DNA of 64,000 nucleotides from Escherichia coli (GTDB lineage Bacteria; Pseudomonadota; Gammaproteobacteria; Enterobacterales; Enterobacteriaceae): NCBI RefSeq assembly GCF_050920415.1, contig NZ_CP169309.1; one strand, 5' to 3'. Shown piece by piece: positions 53,303 to 64,000 of this stretch (position 1 is its first letter; each line of letters starts with the position of its first letter). The notes under the pieces were generated by a model. It saw only the letters and a program-made list of their open reading frames with translations, ran no database searches and was not told where the DNA came from. The position numbers and the translations under genes were made by a program.

Positions 53303-54397
53303 TTACTGTTTCATACAACGCGCCCGCCGTTCATCTACGCGCTTCGCAAACCAGGCCGTAGTCAGATTGCGGGTAATTTTCGGGCTTTCCAGTTGGATGC
53401 CGGGCAACATTTCGCGGGGTAGTGATCTACCCGTTTTTGCTTCGGCAAGTTGATAAACTTCCTTGTACAGCGCCGTCTCCTCAAAAGAGAAGCTGTCCCC
53501 TTTCTCTAACTGACGGCGAATTTCGCTGTCGCTCATCCCCAGTTTGCTTGCCAGTTTGCGCGTTGCCAGCTCTGTTTTCCCAGGTTCTTTACTGTCGTAA
53601 CGAATTAAATCACCGTCCAGCGCCAGCTTTATGCCAGTGGCCTTACTGACCGCGTTCTGAAAAGCGGCATTACGACTGGCGTACCAGCCAGCGTTAAAAT
53701 CGGCAAAACGGTATATCGGCGCGCTATAACTGGCAGGATAATTCAGTAAATGGTAAGTTCCGAACCACAATCCGCCGCGGCGACTGAAGACTTCCTGACG
53801 GACTGTACCGTCCATTTTCCACGGATACCCTTTGGTATGCTGTTCGGCAAACGCAATGCTGACCTGCATCGGTCCACCGGTACGCACTGGATTAAGCGAA
53901 CCAAACAGCGTCTGCCCCATTGGCACCATGCTGATCAAATCGTCAAAAATCGCGCTTAATTGCTTTTCTGTACGCACAGAATCTAACCGCTCACTATAAC
54001 TTTTGCCGTTTGGCGATTTGATTTTTAGCGCGGTATGAACCAGAAAAGCAGGGATGTGCATCCGTTCGGCACGACGGTCAATCTCTTGCCATGCTATCTT
54101 GCTTAAGCCCGGAACGGGCGGATCTGCCTGATAATTTGACTCCTGCTGCGCCACCGCCAGCACCGAGCAGACATTTTCCAGCGTCGGTGCCAGCCCCTGA
54201 CTTTCAAACGTGGTGGCAAGATCTTTCGCCCAGGCATCGCGGTCTTTCACACTCGCGGGCACCTTCTGCCGCACGACGCTCGCCACATCTATCGCTTTTT
54301 CGCCCTTTTTCAACGGTTGCGGAGCCTGACTACTACACCCTGCTAAAACCAGAACCGCCAATAACGAAAGCGAAGATAGATGATTGACGCGCGACAT
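53303..54397 (-). CDS. yaiW: outer-membrane lipoprotein YaiW
   Basis: 364-aa ORF MSRVNHLSSLSLLAVLVLAGCSSQ (lipobox LAGC); co-oriented and overlapping with sbmA. Confidence 0.88.
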   Translation of the reverse strand: MSRVNHLSSLSLLAVLVLAGCSSQAPQPLKKGEKAIDVASVVRQKVPASVKDRDAWAKDLATTFESQGLAPTLENVCSVLAVAQQESNYQADPPVPGLSKIAWQEIDRRAERMHIPAFLVHTALKIKSPNGKSYSERLDSVRTEKQLSAIFDDLISMVPMGQTLFGSLNPVRTGGPMQVSIAFAEQHTKGYPWKMDGTVRQEVFSRRGGLWFGTYHLLNYPASYSAPIYRFADFNAGWYASRNAAFQNAVSKATGIKLALDGDLIRYDSKEPGKTELATRKLASKLGMSDSEIRRQLEKGDSFSFEETALYKEVYQLAEAKTGRSLPREMLPGIQLESPKITRNLTTAWFAKRVDERRARCMKQ

Positions 54398-54409
54398 TAC
54401 TTCTCCTTT

Positions 54410-55630
54410 TTAACTCAAGGTATGGGTTACTTCCTGAATTTTGTCACCATCCAGCTCATGTTCAAAGCTGCGCAGACGTTTGTAGATAGACATCAACTCA
54501 ACCAGCGTGGTCCATGAGTTAATCAGGTACTGAAAAGCACCGCGAACCTGACCAAAAACGTTGGTAATCTGCGTCATCAGGCCGAGCGTAATCGTACCGG
54601 CAACAATCGACGGAAACAGCAAGAACAAACCGAAAACGTTATCGACCTGCAAATAGAGAATGCGGGCGATGTTGAAATACATATAGTGAAAATAGAGGCG
54701 GAAATAGTTTTTCCGCACGGCGCTAAACAGCTCGCGTACCGTAGGCGGCGTCGCGCGCGATGCATCGTCTTCACCATAAACCAACTCTTTACGGTAGGCA
54801 GCTTCTACACGCTGATTTTTAAACTCCAGTCCCGGCAGTTTGATCCCAACCACTGCCAGTAATCCGGTCCCCATCAACGACCATACGATAGCAGCAATCA
54901 CCAGACCATACGGAATATGCCCGACAATCGGCAGCTCTGGCACATGCGCAGAGAGCGTTACCAGTACCGGCAGGAAGGCGATCAACGTCATGATAGCGTT
55001 GATAAAACTGACGCCCATATTCTCAAGCGTTGAAGCAAAACGCATGGTGTCTTCCTGCACACGCTGGGCGGCACCTTCGATATGACGCAGTTGTTGCCAG
55101 TTCGCCATGTAATATTCGTTCATCGCCGTACGCCAGCGGAACACGTAGTGACTGACAAAGAAGTTGTTCAGCACACTGATCACCACCGCGATCAGCGCAA
55201 TCCCCAGAAAGACACCCACTTCGCGGTAAAATTGTTCGATAGTGACTTTATGCGGCGAACTTAGCGCAGTTTGAATCAGATCATAAAACGGCGCATACCA
55301 GGCGTTGACGGCAACTCCAACTTCTACCAAAAACCAGGTGACGAAGATAATCAACGCAGTACCGAGTATTGACCAGTATTGCCAACGATGCGGGCTATAA
55401 ATAAACCAGAACAGTGCAAAAAGCCCTACGCAAACAATGTAGTAAGCGTAAAAAATCAGGAAATCTAACGACCAGAAACGCGCGGCGCTAATTGGGATCT
55501 GCCCGGAAGCTCCGGTGATGCGCGCCACCCAATCCCCCCCACCGGCTTGCCAGAAGATAACGGCAATCAATGCCCAAACAAAGGCCGAGAGAAAAAACGT
55601 TCCCGGCTTTGGGAAAAAAGACTTAAACAT
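54410..55630 (-). CDS. sbmA: peptide antibiotic/microcin transporter SbmA
   Basis: ORF 54410..55636; start at [28 protein letters not shown], 406 aa. Confidence 0.92.
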   Translation of the reverse strand: MFKSFFPKPGTFFLSAFVWALIAVIFWQAGGGDWVARITGASGQIPISAARFWSLDFLIFYAYYIVCVGLFALFWFIYSPHRWQYWSILGTALIIFVTWFLVEVGVAVNAWYAPFYDLIQTALSSPHKVTIEQFYREVGVFLGIALIAVVISVLNNFFVSHYVFRWRTAMNEYYMANWQQLRHIEGAAQRVQEDTMRFASTLENMGVSFINAIMTLIAFLPVLVTLSAHVPELPIVGHIPYGLVIAAIVWSLMGTGLLAVVGIKLPGLEFKNQRVEAAYRKELVYGEDDASRATPPTVRELFSAVRKNYFRLYFHYMYFNIARILYLQVDNVFGLFLLFPSIVAGTITLGLMTQITNVFGQVRGAFQYLINSWTTLVELMSIYKRLRSFEHELDGDKIQEVTHTLS

Positions 55631-55981
55631 ATGCACTCCTGCTAACTTCTTATCGTTTTAACAACTGCTGTGTATTAACCGCATGACCGCTACAAAGAAT
55701 CAGCCAAATGAAACCGCCCATTGTGACCCATAGCAAGGCGCATAGTTCGCCAGCCTGACCATAAGAATTGTTTCGACGGATTTCACAAACCAAAGATTAT
55801 TTACATTAGCGGATTAACACGCGCAGGATCACAAATGCAGGCATTGGTGAGCAGGAAAAAGATCGTGTTTACGCGCCGTTAGGTTTTTAACACTATTATT
55901 GCACTAATTCGCCCTTTGCAATCCATCAATGAGTAGTATAAATACGCTCAGTTACCTTCATTCAATCTATGGACACCACCG

Positions 55982-57139
55982 TTGAAACGTAGTCTGCTTT
56001 TTTCTGCCGTGCTTTGTGCGGCGTTATTGACCCCCGTCCATGCGGCGCAGCCGATCACTGAACCGGAGTTCGCCTCTGATATTGTCGATCGTTATGCCGA
56101 TCATATTTTTTATGGCAGTGGTGCCACGGGGATGGCGCTGGTTGTTATCGACGGTAACCAGCGCGTCTTTCGCAGTTATGGCGAAACGCGCCCGGGTAAT
56201 AACGTTCGCCCGCAGCTGGATTCGGTCGTGCGTATTGCTTCGCTCACCAAGCTAATGACCAGTGAGTTGCTGGTGAAATTGCTCGACCAGGGGACCGTGA
56301 AGTTAAACGATCCGCTAAGTAAATATGCTCCACCAGGCGCACGTGTGCCGACTTACAATGGCACGCCTATTACCCTGGTGAATCTGGCAACCCATACCAG
56401 TGCCTTGCCACGTGAACAGCCGGGAGGCGCGGCACATCGTCCAGTGTTTGTCTGGCCAACGCGCGAGCAACGCTGGAAATACCTTTCTACGGCGAAGCTG
56501 AAAGCCGCGCCAGGCAGTCAGGCGGCATACTCTAACCTTGCGTTCGACCTGCTGGCAGATGCACTGGCGAATGCTTCTGGCAAGCCTTATACCCAGTTGT
56601 TTGAAGAGCAGATTACCCGTCCGTTGGGGATGAAAGACACGACCTATACTCCATCGCCGGATCAGTGCCGACGTTTAATGGTTGCTGAGCGCGGTGCCAG
56701 TCCATGCAATAACACGCTGGCGGCAATTGGCAGCGGCGGCGTCTATTCCACGCCTGGCGATATGATGCGCTGGATGCAGCAGTATTTGTCATCTGATTTT
56801 TATCAGCGCAGTAACCAGGCAGATCGCATGCAGACGTTGATTTATCAGCGAGCGCAGTTTACAAAAGTGATTGGCATGGATGTCCCCGGCAAAGCGGATG
56901 CGCTTGGTTTAGGCTGGGTATATATGGCCCCGAAAGAGGGTCGTCCAGGGATTATTCAGAAGACAGGTGGTGGTGGCGGTTTCATTACCTATATGGCGAT
57001 GATCCCGCAGAAGAATATTGGCGCATTTGTGGTGGTCACTCGTTCGCCATTGACGCGCTTTAAAAATATGAGCGATGGCATCAATGACCTGGTGACCGAA
57101 CTGAGCGGGAATAAACCGTTGGTCATCCCCGCGTCCTGA
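55982..57139 (+). CDS. ampH: penicillin-binding protein AmpH (class C beta-lactamase fold)
   Basis: 385-aa ORF with signal peptide MKRSLLFSAVLCAALLTPVHA and SxxK motif (IASLTKLMT). Confidence 0.92.
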   Translation: MKRSLLFSAVLCAALLTPVHAAQPITEPEFASDIVDRYADHIFYGSGATGMALVVIDGNQRVFRSYGETRPGNNVRPQLDSVVRIASLTKLMTSELLVKLLDQGTVKLNDPLSKYAPPGARVPTYNGTPITLVNLATHTSALPREQPGGAAHRPVFVWPTREQRWKYLSTAKLKAAPGSQAAYSNLAFDLLADALANASGKPYTQLFEEQITRPLGMKDTTYTPSPDQCRRLMVAERGASPCNNTLAAIGSGGVYSTPGDMMRWMQQYLSSDFYQRSNQADRMQTLIYQRAQFTKVIGMDVPGKADALGLGWVYMAPKEGRPGIIQKTGGGGGFITYMAMIPQKNIGAFVVVTRSPLTRFKNMSDGINDLVTELSGNKPLVIPAS

Positions 57140-57826
<687 letters not shown>

Positions 57827-57827
57827 T

Positions 57828-60836
<3,009 letters not shown>

Positions 60837-61361
60837 TTGTCATCCCTCCTCAGGGACGTAATAAGTTGATCCATCAATTATCAATGCATAGAAAACATAT
60901 TATGTTTCGCGTTTACGATTATGCGGCGTTATAGAGGAATGGTTCAATTATTCTTTCCCCTAAGTCCGATTGCGGACATATATAAAGCACGTGAACACAC
61001 ATAAAGAAATAAATAACAAAAATACATTATTTCAATAGGTTAATGAAAGCGCCAATTTTAAAACATAGACCATAAAAATATAAAACAACCAAACCAGACA
61101 AATAATGTATCAATAAGCAATGAACTTTACGCTATTCACTTTTTGAAAACGTCACCAAATCCCCAAAAACAATAATCTATAGCTATAAATAAAAATTAAA
61201 AATATTTTCAATGAATATAAATTTATTGCTATTTCTATTACAAAGATGTCCTGACCTCTCATTCATTCTCTTCTTGTCAACATCGCGACAACTTTCGTAA
61301 AACATCCCCACCCTGCTTCAGGTATACTATGCCCCTCGATTCCACAAACATCAGGCAGACC

Positions 61362-62336
61362 ATGACAGATTTAATCCAACGCCCTCGTCGCCTGCGCAAA
61401 TCTCCTGCGCTGCGCGCTATGTTTGAAGAGACAACACTTAGCCTTAACGACCTGGTGTTGCCGATCTTTGTTGAAGAAGAAATTGACGACTACAAAGCCG
61501 TTGAAGCCATGCCAGGCGTGATGCGCATTCCAGAGAAACATCTGGCACGCGAAATTGAACGCATCGCCAACGCCGGTATTCGTTCAGTGATGACTTTCGG
61601 CATCTCTCACCATACCGATGAAACCGGCAGCGATGCCTGGCGGGAAGATGGACTGGTGGCGCGTATGTCGCGCATCTGCAAGCAGACCGTGCCAGAAATG
61701 ATCGTTATGTCAGACACCTGCTTCTGTGAATACACATCTCACGGTCACTGCGGTGTGCTGTGCGAGCATGGCGTCGACAACGACGCGACCCTGGAAAATT
61801 TAGGCAAGCAGGCCGTGGTTGCAGCTGCTGCAGGTGCAGACTTCATCGCCCCTTCCGCCGCAATGGATGGCCAGGTACAAGCGATTCGCCAGGCGCTGGA
61901 CGCTGCGGGCTTTAAAGATACGGCGATCATGTCGTATTCGACCAAGTTCGCCTCTTCCTTTTATGGTCCGTTCCGTGAAGCGGCGGGAAGTGCATTAAAA
62001 GGCGATCGCAAAAGTTATCAGATGAACCCAATGAACCGTCGCGAGGCGATTCGTGAGTCACTGCTGGATGAAGCCCAGGGCGCAGACTGCCTGATGGTTA
62101 AACCAGCCGGAGCGTACCTCGACATCGTGCGTGAGCTGCGTGAGCGTACTGAATTGCCGATTGGTGCGTATCAGGTGAGCGGTGAGTACGCGATGATTAA
62201 GTTCGCCGCGCTGGCGGGTGCTATAGATGAAGAGAAAGTCGTGCTCGAAAGCTTAGGTTCAATTAAGCGTGCGGGTGCGGATCTGATTTTCAGCTACTTT
62301 GCGCTGGATTTGGCTGAGAAGAAGATTCTGCGTTAA
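61362..62336 (+). CDS. hemB: porphobilinogen synthase
   Basis: ORF 61329..62336; start at [26 protein letters not shown], 324 aa. Confidence 0.93.
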
Positions 62337-62375
62337 TGATCATTATGCCGGGTTATCCAACCCGGCATTTCCCCC

Positions 62376-63227
62376 TCACCCCGCCCGATAAAACGGAATA
62401 TCCCCAAGAATCGTCGCCCGATGCATAATCCGCCGCTGTGGCAGGTAATCCGCATTGGCATAGTGCTGAGTCACGCGGTTATCCCAAATCGCGATATCAT
62501 TTGGCTGCCAGCGCCAACGTACCTGAAACTCCGGTTTGGTGATATGGGCAAACAAAAAACCTAACAAGGCTTCGCTCTCTTTCTCGCTGACATCAACAAT
62601 TCGCGTAGTAAAGCCTTCATTCACAAACAGCGCCTGTTTACCGCTCACCGGATGCGTTCGCACCACCGGATGGAGCAACGGCGGATTTTTCGCGACCGCC
62701 TCGCGCCAGCGTTGATGCTCCTCCTCCGTTTTGCGGTATTTGTATTCCGGGAACGATTTACGGAAATCATGCTCCGCACGCAGCCCGCTCAACAGCTGGC
62801 GGAAGGGAACAGAGAGCGCCTCATAGGCCGCAATGCCGCTGGTCCAGAGCGTATCGCCGCCAGTCGAGGGTAACTCTTTCGCCGCCAGAATCGCCCCTGC
62901 GGGTGGCGTTTCAATAAATGTCACATCGGTGTGCCAGTTATCGTTATCCGGCGGATTATCGTTATGAGTATCCAGTACGATGATCTCCTCAACCCCTTCG
63001 GCATGAGGGTAAACAGGATGAATATGCAGTTCGCCAAAACGCTGGGCCAGCGCGCGTTGCTGCTGCGGTGTAATGGCTTGTTCACGCACAAATACCACCT
63101 GATGGCGCAGTACCGCATGGTAAAGCTGTTCAAACTGGTTATCACTTAACGGGCGCGTCAGGTCGACACCCGAAATTTGTGCACCGATATACGGCCCCAG
63201 CGGGGTAATGCTCAGACGTTCACTCAT
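62376..63227 (-). CDS. tauD: taurine dioxygenase
   Basis: 283-aa [38 protein letters not shown]... Confidence 0.95.
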   Translation of the reverse strand: MSERLSITPLGPYIGAQISGVDLTRPLSDNQFEQLYHAVLRHQVVFVREQAITPQQQRALAQRFGELHIHPVYPHAEGVEEIIVLDTHNDNPPDNDNWHTDVTFIETPPAGAILAAKELPSTGGDTLWTSGIAAYEALSVPFRQLLSGLRAEHDFRKSFPEYKYRKTEEEHQRWREAVAKNPPLLHPVVRTHPVSGKQALFVNEGFTTRIVDVSEKESEALLGFLFAHITKPEFQVRWRWQPNDIAIWDNRVTQHYANADYLPQRRIMHRATILGDIPFYRAG

Positions 63228-64000
63228 TGTACTTCTCCATGCCAGGGCGTCAGGCGGCGCTGTAACGCGCGCAGACCCAGCTCTAAAAGAAAGGCGATAA
63301 TCGCAATCACCGCGATCCCCGCCAGCACCACGTCAGTCGCGAGAAACTCACCCGCTGACTGAACCATAAATCCTAAACCGCGCGTTGCAGCAATCAGCTC
63401 CGCCGCTACCAGCGTAGACCAGCCCACACCCAGACCAATGCGTAATCCGGTGAGGATTTCCGGCAGCGCGCCGGGTAAAATAACAAACCACAGCACCTGC
63501 GCACGGCTGGCACCCAGCGACTGGGCGGCACGAATGCGAACCTGCTGCGCGCTTTTCACCCCCGCCAGCGCCGACATCGCCACCGGTGCAAAAATCGCCA
63601 AATAGATCAGTAAGATCTTCGAGGTTTCACCAATACCAAACCAGATCACCATCAGCGGCAAATAAGCCAGCGGCGGCACCGGACGATAAAGCTCGATTAC
63701 CGGATCGAGAATGCCGCGCACCGTCGGACTTAGCCCCATGGCGATCCCGACCGGAATACCGATCAACACCGCCGCAATTAACGCCAGCACAATGCGCGTC
63801 AGGCTGGCGGCCAGATGCTGCCACAGGGTGGCGTCCATAAATCCCTGCGGCCCGGCAATGGTGAGCAGTTTTGCCATTACCTGTTGCGGCGGCGGCAGAA
63901 ACAGCGGGCTAATCAGTTGCAGCGCCGCCACCGCCCACCATACCGTGAGTAAAACCGCTAACGTGCCAATGCTTAAGGTCACCTGACGCGAGAGCGGCCA
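63224..64000 (-). CDS. tauC: taurine ABC transporter permease, 5' end beyond window
   Basis: ORF 63224..63982 encodes a polytopic permease; true start lies past 64000; overlaps tauD start. Confidence 0.85.
   Translation of the reverse strand, partial: WPLSRQVTLSIGTLAVLLTVWWAVAALQLISPLFLPPPQQVMAKLLTIAGPQGFMDATLWQHLAASLTRIVLALIAAVLIGIPVGIAMGLSPTVRGILDPVIELYRPVPPLAYLPLMVIWFGIGETSKILLIYLAIFAPVAMSALAGVKSAQQVRIRAAQSLGASRAQVLWFVILPGALPEILTGLRIGLGVGWSTLVAAELIAATRGLGFMVQSAGEFLATDVVLAGIAVIAIIAFLLELGLRALQRRLTPWHGEVQ

Overview
This window reads as an Escherichia coli chromosomal segment, colinear (inverted) with the K-12 yajQ-panE-yajL-thiI-xseB-ispA-dxs-yajO / pgpA-thiL-nusB-ribE-ribD-nrdR / yajI-tsx / yajD-secFD-yajC-tgt-queA / acpH-malZ-proY-brnQ-phoRB-sbcDC-araJ-mak-rdgC / ppnP-aroM-yaiA-aroL-yaiI-proC-dgcC-psiF-phoA-iraP-ddlA-yaiZYW-sbmA-ampH-yaiV-yaiT-hemB-tauDC region. 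About 60 conserved genes were identified from their translated sequences by recall of the protein families; no search was run. Against that backbone, five places stand out. (1) A 1.28-kb IS110-family element of IS621 type sits inside a REP sequence between tsx and yajD; it has a two-segment (frame-broken) recombinase and a structured non-coding left end that looks like a bridge RNA. (2) An AT-rich 507-aa pentapeptide-repeat ORF lies between yajO and pgpA. (3) An AT-rich 481-aa ORF of unknown function lies between acpH and malZ. (4) A three-gene AT-rich module (623-aa signal-peptide protein, 134-aa and 120-aa proteins) lies between rdgC and ppnP. (5) yaiT is a single intact 995-aa autotransporter-like ORF. 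An ERIC repeat, several REP/BIME clusters, Pho boxes and a few intrinsic terminators are also visible. No tRNA, rRNA, CRISPR array or prophage was recognised. Operator sites and some start codons are assigned from memory and are approximate.
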